From Anthoceros angustus (taxonomy: Eukaryota; Plantae; Anthocerotophyta), in assembly GCA_010909165.1 (NCBI GenBank), contig MU008176.1, forward strand, positions 62,001-126,000: a stretch of 64,000 nucleotides of DNA, read 5' to 3'. Position 1 is the first letter of the stretch, and each line of letters starts with the position of its first letter. Position numbers and translations under genes: made by a program. Shown here in pieces: positions 36,357-48,299 of this stretch. Under the pieces are notes generated by a model. The model did not search any database. It was not told where the DNA came from and was given only the letters and a program-made list of their open reading frames with translations.

Positions 36357-38905
36357 CCCGTGAACCTCGAGTCTTTCCACACTCAAGCCGAGTGTTCTCG
36401 GCATTGCCACACACCCAAAGCAAAGCAATTTCACAACAACCATTCACAAGGGGAGCAACTCGTTTAGGCACTTGCAGGAGCAAGTCCTCCACCAAGCACT
36501 CGACCACCGCGACTTCCTCTCTACGAATGTTGGCTCTGGCCCCGGCGAAATTCCTCCGTAATGGCAAAGGACTCGATGAGGGTGGAAGCGCAAGACATGA
36601 TACTTTACTTTGTGAAATCCTCCTCCTCTTATAGGAGGCCTTCCACATACAACCTCCCTTAGGTGACCCTACTGCAGGTCACCTTTTCCAATTTTCTATT
36701 ATTTCCTACCGCCAAGATTTAATGTCCGCACCTAAGTCTATCCGATCCTTGGTAAATTCTATTCTAGTAACTTCACCTAAGACCATCCTTGAAGGATGTC
36801 GACTACACCTATCCTTCCTATTCCCCAAGCTCATTTATGGTCATTGACCATTCTGTCTTATCTCATTTGGGGTGGTGACATGGTCTTGGATTGGCTCCCT
36901 CGCCTCCTTTTGCTCTGTCCCTTCCCGGATCTTGTCGCCTTCCTAATGTGTGGGTACAATCCGCCCTTCCTCCATCTCCGGGCGCCCATTCCTTTGGTCT
37001 TCCGCCGCGCTCCCGCGCGCTGGCGCCCTTTTTCTCTCCGCCCTTTGGTCGCCCGTTCATCGGCACCCTACCGGTGATCGGCGGACTACGGGGTGACTAC
37101 CATGGTAGTCGGTCCTATCTCCTTCTTCTCCATCGGTGATGTCTCACAGGTGAGTTCCTCTTTGCTCCTTCCTTCTTTGTTTGGTTTGTCCATACCTATC
37201 ATGGAGCATGTCTTCAAATCTTCTTCCCCATTGTCACCAATGTTGCTACTAACTCCTTCGGCCTTCTTTCGTTGGTCTCCTCCTCCTCCTCCTCCTCCCT
37301 TATCCGTGGGGCGAGGGAACTTCTCACCCTCCCCTTCCTCGGGTCGGACCCCGTCTTTAGTCTCCTCCGGTGGGGTTGTCTCCCTCACCACCTCAGCTGC
37401 TCCTCCGAGGGGTATACTACTGGACCCCCCGGCTCCTTCATCCTCGGCCCGGGCCTCCGGCGGCCGACTCTGCAGGCTCGCCCGCCCTACCGGTGGTCAG
37501 CGGACTACCGGCGTAGTGTGGCTGTCTACCACGGTAGTCTGGCAGACTACCGTGGTAGGCTGGTCACCTACCGTGGTAGGTTGACCCCCCAGGAGGGTGG
37601 GCTGTCCCCCCTCCTTGCTCTTCGCGCCATCTTCCACCTTTGGCGCTCGGCCTCCTCATCTCGACTCCTCGATTCCTGAGTCCATTTTTGATGGCCTCAT
37701 CAAAATCGGAGGCCTCGGCTGCACTTTGCTCCTTTCGTCATCATCATGAGGACCCAATGTCCTCCTCTTGGCCAAACGCAAGATCTCATTGTTGGCCTTC
37801 AAAATTCTATTGTGGAGGTGAGCCCCAAGCTATGATATTGCATTTGGAGATCATCAATCTCAGTGGGCCTCTCCATCTTCACACCTACCTTGTAGGCGTC
37901 CCTTGAGGTGGTCAATTCCCCACCTTGACATGGAGGGTCACATTCTCCTCCTCACTTCCTTTTGGTTGGCCAATTTTGCGAAGGGCATAGTCCGCCCAAA
38001 ATCTCCGCTTCCTTACCACGGCATGTACCACCTTCTTGTGGCTCCTCCTCTTGGAACCTCCTTTGTTCCAATTTATTGCTTGGCAAGTCTCTCCTTCTCC
38101 ACTTGCCACTCACTTCCCTGCTCTAATTCTTGGTCTTGAGCCTTGACTCCAGCTGCTTCTCTTCCAAGTTGAACCTGATCCTTCGCAATTCCTCTTCCAT
38201 GTCCCGGATCTTGATGGCTTGGGTAGCCATCACCTGTTCTTGCGCGTCCAATTGCTGGACCGCTATCTTCTCCGAGCCTCTGTTTTGCCCTTTCGCTCTT
38301 GCTCTAATTGGGCAAAGTGCTCCTCCATATACATCTCCATGAATCCCGTTGGGGTGGTGTCGAGCCTCTCTTCACTGCGACACCTTCCCTTCCAGGACTT
38401 TGCCCGCGCACCGCTCATCCATGAGGTCGCGTTGGAGCTTCTCTACAGCCTTTTCCAGTTTGGCTGCCTTCTCATCGGACTCCATGGCCTCCAATTGCAT
38501 TTAGTCCCCGCCTTCCTCCCGACCATGTCTTGGGCTTTCATCTCCTCTTGGCACGCCCACAAGGAGGCTGCTAACAAATAGACTTGTTTTTATATCAAAC
38601 ACAAATTGTTCAATTACATAGATAGATCATTGTGTATCAAGAAAGACTTAAAATTGCTTATGCTGAAAAGACACTATTATTCTAAACTTAAACGCCTATA
38701 ACGGTTCACCATAAGTCACAACCCTAACGAACGGGTACTTATAATTATTATTCTATGTACCCTATATCACTATATATGCACCTCTAATAAGAGATATTAT
38801 CAACACTATCCCTTAACACTCCCACTTGTTGATGATATCGAGCAATGAATTCTGATCACCTTCACGGTATCGGTCCTTTATGCGACAACCACCGAGGCTC
38901 CAGCC

Positions 38906-39832
38906 ATGAATTGCGAGTGCTTGGTCTCCTCCTGCTCCACGCCCCAAAACTCCACAGTACGGTGCTTGTTGGAGCGTGCTCAAGAGAAACCTCTTGAAAC
39001 CAGGTGTGCGATACTCATTCTCGCCTTGTTCACTCTTAGCATCATTTTGAAAGAGCAGCTGGAGAGCCACCTGACGAAGATGTCGTCTTCTGAGGATTCG
39101 AAGTCGGCTCGCCGCTATGTGAGGGATACCTTGGGCCGCTTTGCGCGTGCAAAGGGAGCTCCTAGGACAACTGCCTCAAGCTTTGGCGGAAAGGCTGATG
39201 CCGGCGCAAGCTCCTTCCTGCCAAAAGAAGACCACAGGCGTCCAAGAGACTCCTTCAACACCCCGCCTGCTGTGAAGATAGGGACTGCTGAGAATATGGG
39301 AGCCCGCGCACGTCCTTCACCAACTGCAGGACACAGGGCTGCAAGCAAACGACCAGAACATAAGCTTCCTGTTTTCACCGACTCGGGTCCAATCGCGATG
39401 TGGGAGAAGGGCGAGGAGAGGCCTCTTGTTCCCATCAGGTTCCCGAGAGGTAGCCTCAAACGGGACACCAGAATCATTGGTTTGGGAACTGTTGCGAAGC
39501 CAAACTCTCCTCTCTGGTATAGGTGCACTTCGTCTTCGATTGTGATGGAGAGGATTTGGGTGTGCGAAAGTGACGAGTTTCAGGGCCATGTGATCAGCTA
39601 CTATCGTAAGCCCAACTTTCCATGTGTGTTTCCCACTCTACTCCCCGGTTACGAAAAAGATTCTGTCACTTGCCCTATCTGCAGTTGTGCACAAGATCAT
39701 AGAAGCGAGTGCTCGGAGGACTATATACACCGCCCTCCAAGATCACGTGCGACTACAATCCGAAAAAGACCTCAGCGGCAATGTATGTGTCTGACAGTGA
39801 GGATGACAGTGAGTAGTAGGTGGGCCTGGTAA
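38906..39832 (+). CDS. Extra antisense ORF between Copia pol and the 3' LTR; unknown protein of 308 aa with a Cys/His cluster
   Basis: Uninterrupted 927 nt ORF on the strand opposite gag-pol, with a basic low-complexity N-half and CPICSCAQDHRSEC near the C-terminus. Confidence 0.6.
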   Translation: MNCECLVSSCSTPQNSTVRCLLERAQEKPLETRCAILILALFTLSIILKEQLESHLTKMSSSEDSKSARRYVRDTLGRFARAKGAPRTTASSFGGKADAGASSFLPKEDHRRPRDSFNTPPAVKIGTAENMGARARPSPTAGHRAASKRPEHKLPVFTDSGPIAMWEKGEERPLVPIRFPRGSLKRDTRIIGLGTVAKPNSPLWYRCTSSSIVMERIWVCESDEFQGHVISYYRKPNFPCVFPTLLPGYEKDSVTCPICSCAQDHRSECSEDYIHRPPRSRATTIRKRPQRQCMCLTVRMTVSSRWAW

Positions 39833-39849
39833 ACAGCACAGTTTAGGTT

Positions 39850-42800
39850 GGATCAGCTAGGAAAGTTGCTGACTCCCCTAGTCCAAGACCCTTTACGTGT
39901 TTCTCATGTAGCTCTCGTCCAAGAGCTTTGGTTAAAACATCTGCTGGATTGTCTTGTGTGGAAATATATTGGATTTCGATTGTTCCCTGCTACTAACTCA
40001 CGAATGTAGTGATACTTGACCTCCACATGTTTGGTCCTCGAGTGAAGGCTGGATTCTTAGCAAGAGCAATCGAGCCTTGGTTGTCTGTGTGTATAGTTGT
40101 GCAAGTTGGAATATCAATCCCCATTTCTGAAAACAGGAGCTTGCACCAAACTATTTCCTTAGCAGCATCGTCTCTATTGACCTCGGTCTTTGGATGAGCC
40201 CTGTTGGTACTTCTTGCTGGACCAGCATATAGGTCCTCCAGCAACACACACACAATAACTGACATGATTTTCCGGTGTCCAAATCCCAGTGTGTCATCGG
40301 TGTAAACCTTCAAGTCAAGAGGAACTCCTGATTGGTAAGAATACTGTATGCCTCATAGCGTTCCTTCAAATACAAGTACTGCTTAACACAACTCCAATGT
40401 TCTGTCCGAGGTTTTCGGTATTGTGACAAGACACTAGTTGCATAAGCCAGTGCAGTTGTGTTAGCAGCATAAATGAGTTTGCCAACTGCTTGTCTGTAGG
40501 GAACATTAACCATCTGATCCTTATCACTTTGTGTTGCAGGTAACATGCTCTTGCTGAGCTTTAAGCCAATAGGGAAGAGGTGTGGCTACTACTTTAGCAT
40601 CCTTAAGGCCAAATTGTTCGGCACAATCAAGTAAATATCTTGGTTGAGTCAAAGTAATGACCTTGGTTCGTCTATTCCTTTGAATGTAGATACCTAGGCA
40701 ACTTTGGAGTGGACCAAGATTTGACATTTTGAATTTTGTGGCCAGGAGATCAGTAATCTTGTCAATATACAGCTGAGTGTTGCTAGAGAGTATAAGATCA
40801 TCAACATATACAGCTAAGTAGCATATGACCTCTTTGGTTTTGTATATGTATAAACTACCATCAGCTTTGCTCTTAGTGAAACCTAAAGCTAGGAGTTCTT
40901 TATCCAGTTCTTCATTCCATTTCATAGCAGACTGTTTTAGTCCATACAGGCATTTTTTCAGTTTACAGGCATAGTCCTCCTTTCCTTGAATTTCATAACC
41001 AGGAGGTTGCTGCATGTAGATTTCTGTATCTATCTTCCCATTTAAAAATGCTGTTTTGACATCAAACATCTGCAGTTCATAATCTCTGTAAGCTGAAATC
41101 GCACACATTGTTCGCAGTGTAGCAAGCTTGACAACTGGAGCGAAAGTCTCAAAGTAATCAAGGCCAGGAATTTGAGAGAAGCCTCTGGCAACAAGCCTGG
41201 CTTTATACCTATCAAAGGTACCATCAGCCTTTACTTTCAACTTAAACACCCACTTACAGATACCAATTTTCTGCCAGGAGGAAGTTTAGCGATCTCCCAA
41301 GTGCCATTTTCAATCAGGGAATCATACTCTGATTGAATGGCTTTCTCCATTCCTTGTGATCATCTACTCAAAGCTTCCTCGAGGCGTGGCTCAAGAGGAT
41401 CCGGAAAGTCACAGTGTGCACGAGCATGAGAGGAAACAGTCAAAATCGGAGCGATAATGTGGTGCTCGACGTTCTCTGGCAGGGTAGCGGCGTGCTAGCG
41501 GTGGGGTGAAGACAGGACCACCATTTCTGTAAATCCGTGGCTCAAGGGAGGAGGTTGTCGCAGATCAAAAATTGTGATTGTCTTCGCATTCACTATTACA
41601 GCCCTGATGTACTTCGGTTGTCCCCAGAGCAACATCCTCGGGAGTGGTATCATCAAACAAAGTTACATCGGAAAACTAAAAGTGTGTCATCACCTCCAAA
41701 GTGGGAGAAGCTCCCAAGGTAAAAATCGTCCTTCATCAAATGTAACACTTATGAGTAAATTACTTTGTCACGAGAGATATCATAGAGTTTATAAGCTTTT
41801 ATCCCTCTATAACCAATCATAAGAAGTCTTGAGCCTTTGCAGATAGCTTCTTTCTCTTCTCCTTGGGAATGAAGGCATAAGCAACACACCCAAAGGTACG
41901 AAGATGTTGAATAGAAGGTTTTCGCCAAGGAAAGCTTCGTGTGGTGTCATCCCTCAAGTGGTTGGCAACTGCTTTAATAGGTAAACAGAGGTCATAAGGG
42001 CCTTAGCCCAATATGGCAGGAGCAAAGCTGCATGATGCAGCAGGGAAGAAACCATCTCCTGAAGAGTGAGATTTAGGCGTTCTGCAACGCCATTCTGCTG
42101 TGGCGTGTAAACAACGGTAAGTTGTCTGCCGATTCCTTCGTCTGCACAAAATGTTTGAAACTCATGTGAAGTGTATTCGCCCCCATTGTCAGATCGAAGA
42201 GTTTTTAACTGTTTTCCAGTCCATCTCTCAACATACTTCATATAATCCTTGAATAGAGAGAAACATTCACTTTTGGCCTTAAGAATGTATGCCATAACAA
42301 AACGTGTTTTGTCATCGTGAATGTTAGGAAGTATCGACCACCACCAATAGAGAGGGGTCCACGGATATCGATTATGGACCAATTCAAGAACTTGGTGGCT
42401 CGATATGGAGTCTTATTCTTGAAAGCAGCCTGATGACGCTTGGAAAATACACACGCTTCACAAAGAGGTAAGGGAGGCAAAGGACCAATTTGGCCATCAT
42501 GATACAAGTTACTTGTAGCCAACTGCTGTAACTTGGAACTATGTGGATGACCCAAACGGGCATGCCATAACTTCACCTTGTCAATCTGTTTTGCAGAGAC
42601 ATCTAAAGCCTGTGAAGCTAAGTGAGTTTGTGCTGCACCACTATTGGTGTGAAGACGGAAAAGATCACTATCAGATGATCCATATGCCAAGACCTTACGG
42701 GGATCAAGGGCATCTATGATTTGACATTCTGTAGGTGTAAACAGGATGTGGCTATTGTTATCCATGTTTAGCTTTCTACGAGAATAAGGTTCCTTGTCAT

Positions 42801-42990
42801 CTCGGTACATAATATACATCCGTGAGTATGAGTAATGCGGAAGGAACACTAAGATTCTTGTTCCTCTACCGAGACACAGGACCTATTATCACCTGTAAAC
42901 AAACGATCTATTCTTGGTGATAGGTTGCAAAAGCATTCAAAACATATATGTATTGTTGCACCGGTGTCAAGGTACCATTCATGGAATGAT
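39850..42990 (-). pseudogene. Copia Pol (protease, GAG-pre-integrase, integrase, RT, RNase H), frameshifted in this sequence
   Basis: WYLDTGAT, LWHARLGHP...CEAC, LRSDNGGEY...TPQQNGVAER, YKARLVARGFSQIPGLDY...YVDDLI and DNQGSIALAKNP. The many 1-2 nt deletions may be sequencing error. Confidence 0.9.
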
Positions 42991-43078
42991 CTACCTGGTT
43001 CTTGGATGACGTGGGATAAACAAGAGGGCGAGCAAACTCCCTAGTCCCTACGATCGGGGGATGGGGAGGGCTGCTTCT

Positions 43079-43945
43079 TTACCACAACATGCGTCTCGAA
43101 GTGGAATTGCCCTCCTTGCAGGTATTCCGGCACGCTTCTTCGACATTCATGTTCCCAATGGCACGGAATTTGGCACCTGGCATTTTCCAGCCTTCTTGGG
43201 TTTCTTGTAGAACCCTCCGAGGGCTTCCACTTGAAGAATACGACCTGAAATTAGGTTTGCCCCCTTTTCCTCGGTTTGTGGTATAAAGGGCATGCTGTTT
43301 GCCCCTTCCAGGTCCTCTTGTTGCCTCTTCCTCAAGAAGAGCTCCCACCAACTCTGTAAACGTCATCTCAGGGAGAGTAACATTTGAAGCCTTTGCCAAC
43401 TTCTTAGCTGTGAGCTTTGAAGCGTTTAATGAGGTCACAAAATGTGACCAGGATGGAGGTAAGGAAAGCATCAAATATAGGGCCAACATGTCATCTTTGA
43501 CACTCTCATTAGAAGCACTTTCAAGCCTTGAAACAAGATTCCTGAAAGTCCCAATATGCTTCTCCACAGAGTCACCATCCCTCATTTTACAGTTCTGTAA
43601 ATTTCGCAAAGCTGTCATTTGACTAGTTGTATTGTTGCCTGAATACAGATTTTGCAAACAAGTCCAGACTTCTGCAGCAGTTGCACATCCAGAGGTTTGC
43701 CGCATCATATCAGAAGTAAGACCACTTCTAATTATGTACATGGCATGCTCGTTTGAAGCTTCGAGTCGGTCCGTGCCCTCAACCTTTTCCTCGTCAATGG
43801 TCATCTTCCATAGTCTTTTACTATGAAGAATGCCCCGCATCCTCATAACCCAAATGTCATAGTCCTGTCCACCAAATCTATCCTTTTCCCTAAAACCATC
43901 ACCTCCCATATAATTCATACTGGATGAAGGCTCACCCATGTTCAA
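43079..43945 (-). CDS. Copia Gag (Retrotran_gag_2/UBN2-like)
   Basis: FGGQDYDIWVMRMRGILHSKRLW...MRDGDSVEKHIGTF...LSLPPSWSHFVTSL. Confidence 0.9.
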   Translation of the reverse strand: MNMGEPSSSMNYMGGDGFREKDRFGGQDYDIWVMRMRGILHSKRLWKMTIDEEKVEGTDRLEASNEHAMYIIRSGLTSDMMRQTSGCATAAEVWTCLQNLYSGNNTTSQMTALRNLQNCKMRDGDSVEKHIGTFRNLVSRLESASNESVKDDMLALYLMLSLPPSWSHFVTSLNASKLTAKKLAKASNVTLPEMTFTELVGALLEEEATRGPGRGKQHALYTTNRGKGGKPNFRSYSSSGSPRRVLQETQEGWKMPGAKFRAIGNMNVEEACRNTCKEGNSTSRRMLW

Positions 43946-44108
43946 GTATGAAAAAGGAACTCACACTTAGAGTTGAAAGAGGTTAGGTGATGGATACCAA
44001 CACAGATATGTGTCTGTGAGCTATCCTATTGCAGGTTAGTCACTGTAAGATCATTTTAGGGATGGATGGAATAAAATGGTGACAGGAATATAACAAGGTG
44101 GGCTACAA

Positions 44109-44792
44109 TCAGAGTACGTTGACAAAGGTAGCAGGGCTGTGATGTGCAGGAAACATTACAGCTTGCTGGAATTTTCTATTATTCCTGATTGCCCACCTAT
44201 TGTTTGAGTGGACAGGGGCTGAGGAGAGGGATTTGAAACTATTGGCTCTGCAGGGGATGTCAGGTTTGCTAGAAGGCCAGGATACAGTATTGTAAAATGC
44301 TGGTTGATGAACTAATTCAGGCTTCAGCAAAGCTAGCAATTGAGAATCAATATGAAAAATATGTTGTTTCAAATCCAGAACATCAGATCCAACAGCAGCA
44401 ATTCTCCGGTCAGTAGTTTTGCATCTTCTATTCACACTTCTCTGATGTGCTTCAATTCTTTTGGCCAAATTACTTACAGCATTGTGTTGTACAGCATGTG
44501 TAGTAGAGAGACCTTTGAGATTTGTTCTCATATCGAAGGCACGTTGAGCATGAATTTCAGGCAAAGATGTAAAAGCCAGATGTCGCTCATTAGGATAAAG
44601 AACAACAATCAATATATTGAAGGACTTCCTTAACTCAGTAGCTAGGATTGATTGGCCTTCATTGAGAGCTATCCAGTCTTTGATCCTCTGATGAAGATCT
44701 TGTGGAATTGTTGACCTGGTTTGCTTGCCTTTGGACATGCGTATTCTGCGACGATTCAAACATTGCGAGAATCGCGCAGTTGCAATGACCAC
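44109..44792 (-). CDS. Extra sense ORF upstream of Copia gag; unknown protein of ~210 aa with a coiled-coil-like middle
   Basis: Uninterrupted ORF between PBS and gag (MSKGKQTRSTIPQDLHQRIKDW...). Confidence 0.55.
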   Translation of the reverse strand: MVIATARFSQCLNRRRIRMSKGKQTRSTIPQDLHQRIKDWIALNEGQSILATELRKSFNILIVVLYPNERHLAFTSLPEIHAQRAFDMRTNLKGLSTTHAVQHNAVSNLAKRIEAHQRSVNRRCKTTDRRIAAVGSDVLDLKQHIFHIDSQLLALLKPELVHQPAFYNTVSWPSSKPDIPCRANSFKSLSSAPVHSNNRWAIRNNRKFQQAVMFPAHHSPATFVNVL

Positions 44793-47700
44793 TGATCAGG
44801 TAGAATCTGATTGCTGGCCATTCATTTGGCCAATTAATATTTTGCTAGAATGCATTAAAATGACTAATGCATTCTATTGCTCTAAATATTTTTATCGCTC
44901 CGCAAATCGGTGATTGTCCTAGTATATTTCCATCAGATTGCTCAAGAAGCAATCGTATACACTAGATGCTACCTTAATTTGCTAGGTTTCAACTCCTTTT
45001 ATGTTTTTATAAAATGTTTAGAGCAAGAAATGTTTCTTGAATTTCATTTTTATTTTCTTGATGTTGAAGATCAAGAAGCATAGAACTATATAAATTGGTG
45101 CATATAGTTATGCATTTCCTAGGATGCATACTGTACCTTGCTCGATACCATAACAAATAGACTTGTTTTTATATCAAACACAAATTGTTCAATTACATAG
45201 ATAGATCATTGTGTATCAAGAAAGACTTAAAATTGCTTATGCTGAAAAGACACTATTATTCTAAACTTAAACGCCATAACGGTTCACCATAAGTCACAAC
45301 CCTAACGAACGGGTACTTATAATTATTATTCTATGTACCCCTATATATCACTATATATGCACCTCTAATAAGAGATATTATCAACACTATCCCTTAACAG
45401 CTGCTAGTTCCCTAGCCCCCTTCAAATCCACACGGCTGAGTGCTTCACAAGCACTCAGCAAGTCTCCTAGGGGTCCTAATTCCGCCCCTGCTACCTTCTT
45501 GCTGGAAATTTCCAGCTCTCCCCGTGGACCATCAGCGTGCCAGGTCCCCTCACCGCCGCCTCCATCCGCTCTTCCTCCCAATGCAGGCGTTGCCTCGGCG
45601 CCGCCAGCGGCCTTCGCGTGCCTCCTTCCCTTCCCACCTCCAGAGTAGGGCGTGGGGTGCACCTCACCGTGGTAGCTCCCTACCACAGTAGCCTGCCCCT
45701 TGGGTGGCCTCCCTACCAGGTCTGCCTCCCATGGTAGGTGCCTCCCACCGCGGTAGTCCCCACCCCGGGTAGGGTGCCTCCCCTACGGGTGGCGGTGCCT
45801 CCCAGTAGGCACTGCATGAGATGGTGGGACTCCCCCACCCTTGGGGCTGTTACCCCTCCTTGGGTAGTCCTCCTTTCATAGACTACCATTCGACCTTCTT
45901 CGGCCGGTTCCTCTTCCTCTCCCCTCTCTAGTTCCTATGGGGGAAAAGATTCCCACTCCGACAACCCTGTTGCATCCACATCCTCCTCCCTTGCTTCTAG
46001 CATGCTTGTGGAGGTCTGACCTCCCACTGTCTTCCTCAATGCAAAAGGCAAGGGCCTTTCCAAGCTTGGTTGGAGATGGATTATCTCCGAAGGATGCCAA
46101 GCATCTTCCAACTCCTTGCTTGTAAGAAGCCCTTCCATTTCCCACAAATGCACCAAATAGGTGCTGAGGTAGCAAGGCCTGGGCCCTTCCTCATCCACCG
46201 AATTTGGCTTGAGGAGCTTTTCCCGGTGGTGGATGTAGGCCTCATACATGATGGTGCCCCAATCTGGCTTGGCCCCTCTCGAAATCTTCCACAAAAATTG
46301 CAGGAAGTTGGTATTGAAATAGGACGTCCTCTGGTAATTTACCAACCCCAACACAATCTTCGCAAAGAGCCTCCAACTCAGCTCCTTGATGCCTCTCCGG
46401 CCTTTCTGGCGTGGCCTTTACTCCTCCGTCCATCATGTCGAGGAGTTCCTCGGAATATCGGAGAGGCCGCCCTCTTCCTCCATTCGACCTTTTGAGAGAG
46501 CACCCGAGCTCTCCTGCCTCTCAGAACTTGCCTAATGCTTGATCCAACAGCTGACCGCTCGAGCATTCCTCTCAAGGCGGCAAGGCTGCTTCGATTGATG
46601 GAGGTTGATGAAACACTCAATCAATTCCAAATTGGTGTAGGCCCATTGGCGCCATACACCCATCCCAATTGATGTTGTCTTCCTCCGCCCACTGAATCCA
46701 CTAAATCACCGGTGAGCTGCCCGCAAAACACGTGGGGCACAAAGCTCATTTCTCCGGGCGGCGCAGATCCGCCGCCTTCTTCTTCTTGCCTCCTTGCGAG
46801 GAAGATCCCTTGGCGGGCGGCTCCTTCCCTTTGCTTTTTCCAGCTCGAGGCATGGCGATGCTTTCCCTCCCAAATGTTTCGAGGTGTGGAAGAGATTATC
46901 TCCCGTTCCAGATACTAGCAACCTCAGGCTCTGCTCTCGGGTGCTCTTCCTTCTCCGACTAGAAGCTAGGGCCCAGCTGAAACACCACGGCAAGGTTAAT
47001 TCGTCGTGCCTTCACCCACCGAGAACCGCCTCCTCCTTCTAGCGGCGCCTCCTCACCTCCACTCCCTCGGTCAAGCTGCCACCTGGTGCTCCAACTTTCA
47101 CCGCCACCTCCTTGGTGTTTTCAGCCAGCCCCGGCGCTTCCCCGCTTCTCACTGACCGCCTCTCCACCTCCTTCTTCCTTCTTCGCCAATCGCCTGGAGC
47201 TAGGTTTCCTTCTAGCCTTCACCGCCACTGCCTTCCTTCCTCCTTTCCTACGGACGATGGCGGCGTGACTTTCATCCCTCTGTGTTTACGCCCACTCAGC
47301 CCCAAGTGAAGTTGTCTCTTAAGGGAAAGTTCTACGCTCAAATTGCACTTCGCCTCCTAGATGTCTCACCGGAGGCTTCTCAACCCTAGATTTGATTCAT
47401 CATTCCAAAATCCCAATCCTATCTAAACCGCTTATTTTCGTGATTCGTCCTATTCCTAATTAATCGCTACTAATCACCCTATACGCTTATTCCCTATTGG
47501 TGAGCATATATGTGGATATTCCCCATATTCATTGCTTTTCCCTCGCCGAGATCCCACCACCGTGGTAGTCTCGCCTTTCACCTTACAAGGTGAGTGGCAG
47601 CCCTCACGATGGTAGTCTGCCACCACTACTCTTTCATTTCCTCCCGCCTCATCTGGAGGTCGTTTCGACCCTGCTTTTTCTTCCCGGGATATCCTCTTCA

Positions 47701-48299
47701 CCTTCCTAACAATATTTTATAACTCAGCCAAGATTCTAAGTTTTCCGGCATGCTCCTCTCAATCGCTCTTAGCCAAAAAATTAAGTTCGCTTTGCCTTTT
47801 TGGGCTCTTTTGACGTTGCCAAACTTTTGCATTCCACAACACCAACACGAGAACCTCCTGTGGAGTCTTTCCTCGTAGTCTAACTCACGAGAGTTTCTCG
47901 ATACGCCGCCACACACCCAAAGCCAATTTCACAAAGAACTATTCACAAGGGAGCAACTTGTTTAGGCACTTGTGGAGCAAGTCCTCCACCACACCTCCAC
48001 CACCACATTTCCTCACAGAAGTGCGTTATTACAAATGCACTTAAATTCTTTATACAAGGCAAAGGACTTAGTATGGAAGCAAGACATGATACTTTTACTT
48101 TGTGAAATCCTCCTCCTCTTATAGGAGGCCTTCCACATACCTCCTCCTCGGGTGACCCTACAGTGTCACCTTTTCAATATTCTATTATTTCCTACCGCCA
48201 CTTTTAAGACCGCATCTAAGTCTACCGTCTAGTTCAAAATCTATTCTAGCAATTTCTATTTGGGACGCCATGGATCTGCAGGGAGATGCGTGGTTACAA

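Larger units (their letters stand above)
38572..45399 (-). mobile_element. Full-length Ty1/Copia LTR retrotransposon, recent insertion
   Basis: LTRs at 45151-45399 and 38572-38818 differ only by three small indels. TSD GCTGC (38567-38571 and 45400-45404), PBS TGGTATCGAGC (45150-45140) and PPT AAGTGGGAG are present. Domain order is gag-PR-IN-RT-RH. Confidence 0.96.
36357..48260. mobile_element. Degenerate Gypsy-lineage-like host element: diverged direct repeats (~36360-36790 and ~47850-48255) and a decayed minus-strand accessory ORF split by the Copia insertion
   Basis: Shared blocks GCCACACACCCAAAGC, GGAGCAAGTCCTCCACC and CATGATACTTTTACTTTGTGAAATCCTCCTCCTCTTATAGGAGGCC. ORF remnants YQRTSYFNTNFLQFLWKISRGAKPDWG (45935-46354) and coiled-coil remnants at 37900-38570. 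Confidence 0.55.
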
